Below are positions 23,901 to 36,233 of a DNA stretch of 64,000 nucleotides, in pieces. The position numbers and the translations under genes are program-made. The notes beneath the pieces are model-generated. The model did not search any database and was not told the origin of the DNA. It saw nothing but the letters and a program-made list of their open reading frames with translations. Source of the DNA: Octopus sinensis. Its lineage: Eukaryota. Each line of letters opens with the position of its first letter. The stretch's first letter is position 1. The DNA lies in the NCBI RefSeq assembly GCF_006345805.1, contig NC_043007.1, positions 32,550,001 to 32,614,000 of the forward strand, written 5' to 3'.

Positions 23901-26206
23901 TCCAAACACCATTACATAGCCATCCCATTAATTAACACACACTATCAGATGTGCATATATGCATACACACACACACACACACACACACAAGAATATGTTC
24001 CTGGTCAAGCATGCATCCAATTAAAGAAAGTCATGCATGCATACACATAAACATATATATATAAAAAAAAACTCATACATACATTGAGTGTGTGTGTGTG
24101 TGTGTGTGAGTGTACATACGCAAACATATATAGGCACATAGATGCAAATACATATGCATGCATAAACAGAAATTATTTTCAAAAGAAATAATTTAATATC
24201 CCATTTAATTATTCAAACACACACATTTAGAAAAGTTTGTTACAGAAAGTTTCAAACGTAAAAAGCACATCTGATTGTTCACACGCTTCAATATTGTATG
24301 TCGTATATTTACGCAACTGCTGACATGTTATCGCAAAATGCAACTGATAACAACTGGAATCAGCACTTGAAGAAAAGATTAGCGAGGGAAAAATAGAAGG
24401 AAACCAATGTGAATGAAGGAAAAAAAAAACTATTAGATGCTAAATGGTAAGCAGATTGTGAGTGTTGGTTAACTAGAGCAGAAGAGCTCAAGCCAGAAGG
24501 AGTGGCCCAAAGATTTCAAAATGAAACCAACGGGCAAGTCAATGTTAGAAGAGATGCTATGAGGTGTAGAATGCAGGAAACTTCAATCAAAAGAATGAAA
24601 ATCAACACAAAAACAGAAAAAGATGATGTAAGGCTGGAAGAATGAGTAACAAAAAAAATCAAGAATATTCTGTTATTCTTTTACTTGTTTCAGGCATTTG
24701 ACCGTGGCCATGCTGGAGCACCACAAGAACAAAGTGGTTAAGTCAATTACATCGACTACAGTGCGTAACTGGTAATTTATCGACCTCGAAAGGATGAAAG
24801 GCAAAGTCAACCTCAGCAGAATTTGAACTCAGAACGCAACGGCAGACGAAATACCGCTAAGCATTTCGCCTGGCATGCTAACAATTCTGCCAGCTTGCCG
24901 CTGTGGTGAGCTTCTTACCACACAGCCTCTCCTGCGCCTGTATAACTGTTTCAGGAATGCTTCCAATTCAACATACAAATGAAGAAAACATGAAGCAACA
25001 TTACTGTGGAGATAGAAACAACTTCTATCACTACTGCATGGCCACGAATATCACATTTGAATGACTTACAAACAGATACTTTAATAACTGCAGCTATAAA
25101 GTCGAACTGCTGCCTTCTGCTTGACGAGAATTTCCATAGAACTCGAAATCCCTAACGTCAGATCCCAATAATCCCTATTATGATTATTACGATAGTGTAG
25201 GTGCAGCCAAAGGAGCATGATCAAGAAATTCACTCTGCACACATATGGATTTAGGTTCAATCTCATTGTACAGCACCTTCAGCAAATGTCCTTACTATAG
25301 CCCTGAGCTTTACAGTGGCTTAGCTGATCGTTTAAATAATGTTGTACCAAGACCCCAGAGTTCAAGTTGGGAGTGCAGTTATTCTCCCATCTTCATCTGA
25401 AGAATCTCCAAGAAACATGTGCAAATACTATTGTGATACATTGGCTAGGAGTAGAAAAACACAATACATCTGATGTTTCCCTTACTATGACATGCAATCC
25501 AAACTGGCCAGGAACTAAGGATAACTTATTTCAGGGACAAAATTCCTCACATAGACCAGACCCAACAGCAAGATGTTTTCAGTCAGAACTAAGAGAACTT
25601 TCAGATAGTATTACAAAAAGCAGGGTCTTTGTAAAGCACTGAATGATGATGATGATGAATTTCAGAAAAGGTTTCCCACATTCTCATATCTTAGTAATAG
25701 TGCATTCAGACAACAAGTTCAGAGACCTGTTGCAAATAAATAAAGTTGTCTATGCTGAAATTCTTGACACAGAAGCTGAATTTTGCTTCATGATATTATA
25801 AAAAAAAAGTACGATACATGGACTCAGTGATGAACAAAATGTGAGAGTATACTGCATGGAGAATGGACATAACCAAAAGAAGTTTCCAAAGTATTTCAAC
25901 AAGAAACAGGAACAAAAGAATGGTTATCTATTTTCTTACAAACAAGGTTCAAGGACACAGTAGTGTAAGAGACTACAAAAGAAAAGAAGGGGCCTACACA
26001 TTCAAGAGATGTTGATTAACTGAAAGCTTAAAGGGCTGAATAACACAGACCAGAGGAAAATAAGACAATGGTAGTAAGTTCCGGAGAGCAGCATTTGAAG
26101 GAAAAGAAGCTAATAGAATAAAAGGACTTGTGACTAACGAGAAGGTCAATAGAGAAACGATGCACCTGGGAAGAGAAGCAGGTGAAACATTAAACAACTT
26201 CATTAC

Positions 26207-26349
26207 TTACATTTGACGGATATTTGTCCTAATCTTGTTTGTTAACACATTTCAGCTGATATACCTTCCAGCCTCCATCAAGTGTCTTGGGGAAATTTCA
26301 AACCTGGGTTCTCATTCATAAGGTATTTTTCCATGTTATTACTGTTATC

Positions 26350-26380
<31 letters not shown>

Positions 26381-26640
26381 TCACTGCCTGGAGTTGAACT
26401 CAGAATCTTGGGGTTAGTAGCCCACACTCTTAATCACTATGCTATATGCCCAATAATAATAATAATAACATTGAAAAATACCTTAGGGATGAGAACCCAG
26501 ATTCAAAATTTCCCCAAGACACCTGATGAAGGCTGGAGGGTATATCAGCCGAAATGTGTTAACAACAAACAAGATAAGGACAAATATGCACCAAATGTAA
26601 ATAATGTACGTAATTCCTCATCTCTTAAATATAGAACTGT
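26207..26640 (-). mobile_element. tRNA-headed SINE with hammerhead-like body plus inverted second body copy
   Basis: Body (reverse) 26207-26335, (ATT)n, tRNA-like head (reverse) 26377-26451, (AAT)n, body (forward) from 26469 containing CTGATGA-A-GGCTGG..TCAGCC-GAAA. Confidence 0.7.
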
Positions 26641-26945
26641 ATTAAACATCTTGATTGACCAGAAAGTTCATCAGAGCAATGAGCATGGAAACACTCGTAG
26701 AAAAGACACAACGAATATATATTTCAGTAACTGCAACCTAGTATTATAGATATTATTACAGGCAACACTAGCTACAGCAATTCAAGTTAGTAACCATGCA
26801 GTTGATAATGGAAACGCAGTAGTTATGAAGTGGTCACATCGTAAATTCAATGCCTGTGTAAATGTAGAAAATTCAACTGTCAATGTAGTGAAGTACACAT
26901 CAGAATGTAAATATAAAGGATATATATATATATATATATGTACAT

Positions 26946-27232
26946 GGAGGCGCAATGGCCCAGTGGTTAGGGCAGCGGACTTGCGGTTTTGATTCCCAGA
27001 CCGAGCGTTGTGAGTGTTTATTGAGCAAAAACACCTAAAGCTCCACGAGGCTCCGGCAGGGGATGGTGGTGATCCCTGCTGCACTCTTTCGCCACAACCT
27101 TCTCTCACTCTTTCTTCTGTTGGCCTGCTCGCTTAGCCAGCGGGGTGGCATCATTTGAAGGCTAAAACAATGCGAAGCGCATTGTGACCAGCGATGTGTA
27201 GCAACATCTGATAGCCTTGTCGGTCACGGTGA
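26946..27232 (+). mobile_element. tRNA-derived SINE (separate family)
   Basis: GGAGGCGCAATGGCCCAGTGGTTAGGGCAGCGGAC A-box head with a partly deleted B box, flanked by (TA)n. Confidence 0.7.
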
Positions 27233-27242
27233 TATATATATA

Positions 27243-27280
<38 letters not shown>

Positions 27281-29402
27281 AAATATATCATTAATTTTGA
27301 TCTAAATGAAAGGCTAGCAAACAGGGAAGCAGTATGTGATGAGGTAAAATGCCATCTTTGATAGCAGGTAGAGGATCTGAAGTGATGTGGCAATTACATG
27401 AAAACAAAATGCTTGACATGTTGTTTGCTGATCAGTATATCTGCAACTGCAAGAACCTGCCTATTTCAAAGAAAGTGAAAAGGTACAAGCATTGGAAAGC
27501 TGCTCCCTACGACAATCTTCCACCGAATGGTTTGTCCTTAATAATATCTATTTCTTTATTGCCCACAAGGGGCTAAACATAGAGGGGACAAACAAGGACA
27601 GAAAAAGGGATTAAGTCGATTACATCGAACCCAGTGCGTAACTGGTACTTTATTTATCAACCCCCGAAAGGATGAAAGGCAAAGTCGACCTCAGCGGAAT
27701 TTGAACTCAGAACATAGCGACAGACGAAATACTGCTAAGCATTTCGCCTTGCGTGCTAACGTTTCTGCCAGCTCGCCTTAATAGTATAGAAATGCAAGAC
27801 ACTCGTTATATAGTGATATCATTTCATATTTGGCAAAAGAAGAGGGGAGTAGATTATTGTAAGACTCTTCTCTAAGACAAGAGAAGAAAGGCTTCTTAAG
27901 GGAGCTGGCAACTTCGACAATCTTAAGACAATTGATGGCATACTATTAAAGAAACTGCCAGTAAACTGATGATGACTATATACATGATACATGTGCACAT
28001 ATATTCATATAATCATCATGTGACATTCGATTTCCATGCTGGCATATATATACATGTGTGAGTGTGCTTGTGTGTATGCTTGTATCTCCTTGTCCTAACA
28101 TTGTCTGATTGTTGTAAATGAAGGTTATTCATTCCTAATATTCTGCAAAACCATGTCTGGTCATCAGGAAATATGACCTTGCTTGGAAACCAGTAAGAGT
28201 TGGCAACAGGAAAAAAGCATCCAGCCATAGAAAAATCTGGCCCAATAAACTCAGACCAACCCATGCTAACAGAAAAGTTGATGTTAAAATGATAATGATA
28301 AACACATACATTAATGTGTCTATTTATATTAGCAGGAAAACTGTACGTGCAATAGTAATAATATCTTTAAATAACTGAATGTGAAAAAGCTCAGGACAAG
28401 AAGAAATGGAAGCTTTGAATATAGTGCAGCTGAAGTTAGAATGTGAATTTAAAATGCTTTGAGTGAGCTTTGAATGGAACAAGAGAGAGAGATGATTAAA
28501 GGAAATATCAGGGTGTTTGTAATGCCGTTAAATTTGAAGGCCATTTCTTTCCCCTGTAGAACCATCTCTAATTGAGATCATACCACAATGGTTTATGCTG
28601 AGTCTGAGGTTCATAAATCTTGTGCACTTTGAGGAGAAGGGAGGTTTGCTGATCAAGCTTTGTAGAAGACATGAGTGTTGGAGCTGGAAGTTACGAGATA
28701 CCAAAAGCAAAGAGCAATGGATTTCCAGAGCTTTGTGAGCATACGTTCCCAGTCTTAAGTGGGGATAAATTTTTCATTTCTTAGCGAGGGAAGGTAGACC
28801 TCACAAAAACCACATCCCTACCCCCGTCTCTTATTTCTTAGCTGACATGACACTGTTGCCTAGTTGACTGTTACTAGACAAGTTAAAGTGCATCCTAGTC
28901 CCTCTCCCACCACCACCACTAAACGAGCTCAAATTTCTGTATGGATAAATGTCAACTCAGCAATTGTTGGCAAAAACATGAAGAAGGTAGCTAAGTAATT
29001 TTAAGTTTTGAAAGACAGGCTACATCTCCATTGCAAATCCCATCCCGTCATCCATTTTATTTTATAGGGAGTAAATCTAGAAAGTTCCATATAAAATTCT
29101 TCATAGACGGAGTTGCAACCAAAAGAAGGGTCTACTTCAACATTTAATTGGAACTAAAAACAACACTGTTTGCATGAGGCATCGTCTGATACAGATGCTT
29201 TTAAATATTTTTAAAACCAAAACAGTTACAAGAAATAACACAAGTCAGTGGTTTGTACTTTTATCTTGCATTCCAAAGTTAAGATCCCTAATTCAGGAAG
29301 TCTTCGATGGTTTGATATTGTGAGCTGACATTCTTGTTCTGTAGTGTTTCTATGTAGACAAACATAAACATGTAAAAATTTCAATTCCAACTTCAGCTTT
29401 AA

Positions 29403-29614
29403 CCCTTTCGTTACCAACCCAGCTGAAACCATCTCTGGCTCTGGGTACAAATACCTTGTTTTCATAAGTTTTGAAATAAAATCTTCCACCAAACCTTAGT
29501 CACAATTTATGTTCCTAACACAAAGATAACTAAGTTATTTTACTAAATTCTGTTATATTTAAAGTAATTGAAAGAAGCACAGAGCATCTCAACAGAAATA
29601 CAGTAACGAAAGGG
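29403..29614. mobile_element. piggyBac-type MITE
   Basis: TTAA TSD on both sides, TIRs CCCTTTCGTTAC / GTAACGAAAGGG. Confidence 0.85.
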
Positions 29615-31419
29615 TTAATATTTTTGAGCTGCCACTTCTTATCCTGAACTTTTGGTTCAATTAAGCAAGAATCCATCATTTCTAAGCCTGCTTTTTACTT
29701 TATTGTTCACTCTTTTTACAAGCAATGTTATTTATAAAACATGAAAACAATTTAATTTTTTTCAAAAATTTTGAACTATAATAAAAAAAAAAAAAAAATT
29801 AAAAAAAAAAAAAAGGAAATTTTACAAATTGACAAAAACTAATAAAATAAAACTGCCAAAGAGGAAACAAAAACAAAGGAAAACATTGGCAACAAAGCTG
29901 CAGTAGATGAATTAAATGATACCAACGAGAAAGAAGTTAACACGAATTTACCAGTTTGAGATAAAAGGGGTCCAATTACATTCATATTCCCAAGAAAACA
30001 CCTTGAGCACACCACAAAATCCCCTTGTCAATACAGTGTTGGGACAACTTTTTAAGTTGGAAATGATTCAAATGCTTCACTTGGTTTAAAACATGGCAAT
30101 TTGCCTGGGTCTTATTCCACGGTGTGTGGGGACTGGCATGTCAAAGAATACACCCAACATTTCCTCTGTGTGCCACAGAAAGCAAATAAGAGGATGTGGC
30201 AGAAGTTGCACTTTGACCTCATAAAACCCTCATCAGTAACAAGTACCCAAACAGACATTGGGTTGGAGGGTTGTCAACTGAGGGGTGCAAAGATATCATA
30301 TCGGCAAGGAGTAAGGGATCACCAACAGAAGGTGGATGTAGCAACAGGCTGTTACAGCGCATGCCCTCATACTACTATTTTTCTATCCCCATAACAGCCC
30401 AGGAAACTCGTTTTGCCCCATGAAAACCAGTTATAGTGCCTCCTAGATGAGAATAGAATTATAAGTGATGCCTAAGAAATGAGCCAAATGGTAGGTAGGA
30501 AACATTTTTAGTTGGTAGTAGGAAGTCACAAGCATGGTAAATTACAGTTTTGGGTTGACGCTTTGGAAGCTGTTTAGATGTTGGTTTTAGAGAAGTTCTG
30601 AAACAGTTAAAGCTTGTGCAACACTACAACGAAAGAAGCAAACTCCATTTTGTCTTTTCATTGATAAAGAGATGTGGAGCAAAACATTTCATCTTTTATC
30701 TTTTACATGTTTCAGTCATTAGGCTGTGACCATGCTGGGGCACTGCCTTGAAGAATATTACAGTCAAATGAATCAATTCCAGTACTTATTCTTTATAAGC
30801 CTGGTACTTATATCAGTCCCTTTTAATTGAACCGCTAAGTTACAGGGACGTAAACACACCAACATCAGTTGTCAAGTGGTGGTGGAGGACAAACAGACAC
30901 CAAAACACACAAACAGACTTCTTTCAGTTTCCATCTACCAAATCCAAATACAAGGCTTTGGTCATCCTGAGGCCATAGCAGAAGACACTTGCCCACGGTG
31001 CCATGCAGTGGGATTGAATCCAGAACCATGTGGTTGAGAAGCAAGCTTCTTACCACCCACCCACAAATATCAAATATTTCAGTATAGTTTAGTTGAGGAT
31101 GAGGGCATCAACTGTGCTGATGCACTCCATACTTCCATGGGAGGTGAGTCATTATTATGAAAACAAGGAGTCATATAAAAAAAGTGAAGTTTTGGAAAAA
31201 ACACTTTTACAAAGTCATGGTTGTTACTTCTAGCATGTTCAATGACCACATGAAGGCCTCCTATATTTTGTCTGCTGGGTTAACAAGAGTCAAAGTAAAC
31301 AAAGTATGCATCATTAAGGGTTGAGCTAATAAGTAAGAATTTTGAAAAACCTTATTTTCAGAGATTTTGTAGTTATTCCAAGCATGTTGGTGACAGAATT
31401 TGAAATTTTGAGAGTTTTG

Positions 31420-31890
31420 TTATTTAAGAGATGTAATTAGCAAAGGAGGTGGTTGCATCTGGAAGTACAGTAGAACAGCTTTTAAAAAAGGAAAAAAAAA
31501 GGGCAGGGACCTGCTACCACTGCTGCAGCTTAGTGAGGACTTGGGAAGATTTAAAAGAAATAAAGCAAGAATGCTCTGCTGGATGTATAATATAAGTATG
31601 TGTGAATGACAAATGCACTGAGAGAGAAATTGGGCATAAAAGGAATTAGATAAAGTATACAAGAAAGACTGCTCTGTTATTCACATGTGGTGCATATGGA
31701 TGAGGACAGCTGTATAAAGAAGTGCCACTTTATGGAGATGAAGCTTACAGAAGAGGGAGACTCGGGAGGACATGGGATGAAGTGGTGAAGGCTGAACTCA
31801 AGACCTTGAAACACATAGGGCAGATGACAAAGGACCAGGAATGACTGGTGATATGTGGTATGACAGAAGACTCGCCCACTTCAGAAAGAG
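31420..31890 (+). mobile_element. RTE LINE 3' relic
   Basis: Degenerate LREKLGIKGI..WCIWMR.D..KK and TWDEVVK.EL.DL motifs. Confidence 0.6.
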
Positions 31891-32400
31891 ATTCTGTAGG
31901 CACAATGTGCAAAGCCTCTCATTCCCCAACCAAATTTCTCCCCTCAATACATTCCCACCACCCATCATCTCTCCAACATCCCCATCCTGTTGCTGTAATT
32001 AAATGCAAAGCAGAACAACATGTTTCAGGATTTTCCTAAAACCATTTCACTGTGGTTCACCCTTCATTCTTAATACTGCCCTCTCCACACATATTTTCCA
32101 CTGATCATACCCCTGAGCCACCATATTCTCTCTCCCTATCTCCCATTCATTACATCTGTCCTACAATCTTATAAACCTACCCAACCCATCATCTCACTCT
32201 CTACCTTTCACCTATTCTTTTTTGTTCTCCCTCGTCTATTGTATCATCATTATTGCTATTATTAAGGCTGCGAGCTGGCAGAATCATTAGCATGCTGGAT
32301 GAAATACTTAGCAGTATTTTGCCTGTTGCTAAGTTCTGAGTTCAAATTCTGCCATGGTTGACTTTACCTTTTATCCTTTCAGGGTCAATAAATTAAATAC

Positions 32401-32632
32401 CTATTTCTTTATTACCCACAAGGGGCTAAACATAGAGGGGACAAACAAGGACAGACATAGGTATTAAGTCGATTACATCGACCCCAGTGCGTAACTGGTA
32501 TTTATTTAATCGACCCCGAAAGGATGAAAGGCAAAGTCAACCTCGGTGGAATTTGAACTCAACATAACAGCAGACGAAATACCGCTAAGCATTTCGCCCG
32601 GTGTGCTAACATTTCTGCCAGCTCCCCGCCTT
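32401..32632 (-). mobile_element. SINE A nested in inverse orientation inside an older SINE A (32266-32730, +)
   Basis: 14 bp TSD AATAAATTAAATAC at 32387-32400 and 32633-32646. Confidence 0.9.
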
Positions 32633-32859
32633 AATAAATTAAATACCAGTTGCGTACTGGAATCAATCTACTTGACTGGCCTCCTTGCCCAAATTTCAGG
32701 CTTTATGCCTATACTAGAAAGGATTAGTACAACTACTACTACTACTTCTCCCAACTCATGTATCCCTAGTCAGCCAATTTCCATGGTTGTCACCTACACT
32801 TCCCTCTTCCCTTCTCATCATCCTTCAACACTTGTTCATAATATTCTCTGCCTCACCTA

Positions 32860-33300
32860 AGCATCCAGTCATGATGTTGCTACCAGAGCCTATTATGATT
32901 GGGTACTTAAAACAACAGCTTAACCATTCAAATATGGATGTGATGTATCATCCAGACTTTGCTAAGGCTTTCTTCATCAAAGCCAATCATGGGATGAGGC
33001 CACAAACTGCATGACCTTGGTGTCAGAGAATTAAGGTAGTGGCTGCATTTAAAAGGCAGCAGTCAGACACTGCCAGTGGTGCTCTGACTGAAGAGACATC
33101 AATGCCAAGTGGAGTCTTTCAGGGAACTGTGCTGGGGTCAGGTGACTCTCTCAGACATACAGTCAATGCCACTCTCACCAGCCATGCTGACACAAAAGTA
33201 TCCCAGGCTGTCCAGGCCCCTGGAAGCACAAAGTGAGGGATATCATATGTGCAAAGTCTGATCAGAAGTGATTACAGCAGTCAAGTAGTACCATGGACAG
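32860..33300 (+). mobile_element. CR1-like RT relic
   Basis: DVMYHPDFAKAF and SGVFQGTVLG correspond to D..YLDFAKAFD and SGVPQG.VLGP. Confidence 0.65.
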
Positions 33301-33534
33301 AGGAATGGTGGGTATTAGGGGATGAGATGTGAGAAATGCTTGATAAGACAAAAAGGGTGGGGGAGCAGAGCCCCACATATACAAGTATGGTGGTTTTTAG
33401 GACATCACTTTTGCTGTGATGGATGGGTCTTTTCAAGCACAGCAAATTACCCAGCATCATGTCATCTTCTCTATAGATCAGTTTTCACTATTTCATCCCA
33501 TGTTTGCCTGGGTTTCCCTCTTCCAGAACTTCCA

Positions 33535-33890
33535 TTCCAAGTTCCAGGTGTGGAAGCAAGGATTAGAATCGAAGGGCCTTAGAGTCAACCTAGCTAAAAC
33601 CAAAGTCCTAAGTAGGAAGGTAGACAAATCACAAACGCCTTCAGGTAGATGGCCCTGCTCGATCTGTAGAAAAGGCGTGGGTAGAAACTCTATACGATGC
33701 ACCAAGTGTAAGCTATGGACACATAAGGGGTGCAGCAATATCAAAGGAAGGCTAACTAGGAAGATAGTTTGTGTATGTGGCAGATGCTCGGGAGCAATAA
33801 ACACTGAAAATGCACAGAGACCAACTTCCGCCACATTCCAGGGAGAAAAACTAGAAGTAGTTGATAGCTTCTGTTACCTAGGTGACCAAG
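33535..33890 (+). mobile_element. RTE LINE ORF2 fragment with Cys/His finger
   Basis: WKQGLESKGLRVNLAKTKV..PCSICRKGVGRNSIRCTKCKLWTHKGCS..CGRC..LEVVDSFCYLGD. Confidence 0.85.
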
Positions 33891-34347
33891 CAAGATATTT
33901 CCCCCATGGACCTGGGAAACGAATGACACTGCTTATATGACAGTGACATGCATTTGCAACTATTACATGATGTCGAGATACAAACACACACATATACACT
34001 CCCACGTATACATGATGAGATTCTTTCAGTTTCCATCTATAAAAATTCACAAGTATGGCTTTTGTTGGCCCAGGGCTATAGCAGGAAACACAGCGAAACT
34101 GAAACCAGAACTATGTGGTTGGGAAGCAAACTTCTTGCAACACAACTATATAGACATCATATATATAGATGTCATCATCATCATCATCATCATTTAACGT
34201 CCGCTTTCCATGCTAGCATGGGTTGGACGGTTCAACTGGGGTCTGGGGAGCCCGAAAGCTGCACCAGTCCAGTCAGATCTGGCAGTGTTTCTACAGCTGG
34301 ATGCCCTTCCTAACGCCAACCACTCCGAGAGTGTAGTGGGTGATTTT

Positions 34348-34790
34348 ATGTGCCACCGACACAGGTGCCAGACGAGGCTGGCAAACGGCCACGCTCGGAT
34401 GGTGTTTTTTATGTGCCACCGACACAGGTGCCAGACGAGGCTGGCAGACGGCCACGCTCGGATGGTGTTTTTATGTGCCACCGACACAGGTGCCAGACGA
34501 GGCTGGCAGACGGCCACGCTCGGATGGTGTTTTTATGTGCCACCGACACAGGTGCCAGACGAGGCTGGCAGACGGCCACGCTCGGATGGTGTTTTTATGT
34601 GCCACCGACACAGGTGCCAGACGAGGCTGGCAGACGGCCACGCTCGGATGGTGTTTTTATGTGCCACCGACACAGGTGCCAGATGAGGCTGGCAAACGGC
34701 CACGATCGGATGGTGCTTGTTACGTGCCCACAGCACGGAGGCCAGTCGATGCGGTACTGGCTACGGCCACGTTCGGATGGTTTTCTTATG
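34348..34790 (+). repeat. Tandem array of 62 bp unit (6 near-identical + 1 diverged) inside SINE C
   Basis: Unit starts at 34348, 34411, 34473, 34535, 34597, 34659 and 34722. Confidence 0.95.
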
Positions 34791-35727
34791 TGCCACGTGC
34801 CACCGGTACCACAAAGATACAAATTCCATTGATGTTCATCTATTTTGATTTGTTTTGATTTATATATATATATACACACACACACACAAGCATAAAAAAC
34901 AAATATATATATATATATATATATATTCAAATATACGTGTGTATATAAATATTTACACACCACATATACATGTGTCTACCAACCACATAGTTCCGGGTTC
35001 AATCCCACTGCGTGGCACCTTGGCCAAAGCTCTTCTACTCTAGCCTAACGTCGACCAAAGCCTTGAATGGATTTGGTAGATGGAAACTGAAAGAAGCCTG
35101 TCGTGTGTGTGTGTGTTTATCCTCCCACCATTGTATGACAACCGTTGTTGGTGTGGTTATGTCTCCGTAACTTAATGGTCCGGCAAAAGTGACCAACAGA
35201 ATAAGTACTAGGCTTACAAAGAATAAGTCTTAGGGTCGATTTGTTCAACTAAATGTGGTGCTCCAGCATGGCCGCAATCAAATGACTGAAACAAATAAAA
35301 GAATTTGAAAAAAAAGAATATATAGATGCACACACACAATGTCAGATCACTCTTCAGTGTTACTGGTAAATACAACACTCCAACCTGTTGCATCACTGGA
35401 GTGCCTGGTTCACATGATGGAGAGGGTGATTTTTGTACAGAGAGGGGTGAAATACAGGAACATTTGAAAAGTGAATGAACTTAAAGAGAGCCAATGGCCA
35501 TCCAATAACACACACAAATATGTTTCTTCTGAAAACCTGGCTGACTTCGAGGTACCCTTTGATGTGAAAAGTCTTAGAGAAAGCACTGAAGTTTATGTAG
35601 CTACCACTCATCTTGCTATGCCAATTATTAGATTCCAGTCACAGAGATACACAGACAGGGGGATATTACTGATCACAGAACACTGACGTAATGAAGATTA
35701 TAATATTATATATATATATATATATAT

Positions 35728-35899
35728 TTATTTTATTTTATCTAGTTTCAGCTCACGAGCTGTGGCCATACTGGGGCACCGCCATTTAGCTTAGCGTGGA
35801 CACCCGATTGCCATAGAAGACCGACTACCAGGGCTCCCATCCTCAAACCGGTCAACCAACCAAGCCTCCGAGTAGCTGGATTACAGGAGCACGCCACTA
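35728..35899 (-). pseudogene. 7SL (SRP RNA) 5'-half retrocopy fused to SINE/LINE-type 3' tail
   Basis: The minus strand GTGGCGTGCTCCTGTAATCCAGCTACTCGGAGGC...ATCGGGTGTCCACGCTAAGCT aligns by eye to about nt 12-120 of metazoan 7SL. It continues into GGCGGTGCCCCAGTATGGCCACAGC..CTGAAACTAGATAAAATAAAATAAA. Confidence 0.8.
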
Positions 35900-36178
35900 G
35901 AAATATGTATAACATATACAAGTATACATAACTACAAATGTATGGGTATACATATATTCTTATATGTATATACATAATACATATACCTTATTTAAATGTA
36001 TTTATACATAATACATACACACACATATATATATACACACACTCGTGTATACTTATACATATATACACACACACATAGATATACCTGAATATAATTCCAT
36101 ATACACACATGCAAGCATAGTCAAATATATCCAATTACATAATTATGTGCACACAGACACATCTATCTATACAATTAA

Positions 36179-36233
<55 letters not shown>

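Noticed and set aside
25081-25642. ORFs at 25081-25266 and 25367-25642
   Set aside because: These are probably a degraded LINE endonuclease region with stops, not host exons.
34348-34790. CRISPR-like array of palindromic repeats
   Set aside because: There are no unique spacers or cas genes. The units are contiguous and lie inside a eukaryotic SINE.
35400-35690. ORF 35471-35686 as a host gene
   Set aside because: There are no convincing splice sites. FDVKSL resembles a Penelope-type RT relic, too weak to annotate.
35789-35899. Human Alu contamination
   Set aside because: It includes 7SL sequence absent from Alu, diverges from Alu, and joins a locally abundant tail.
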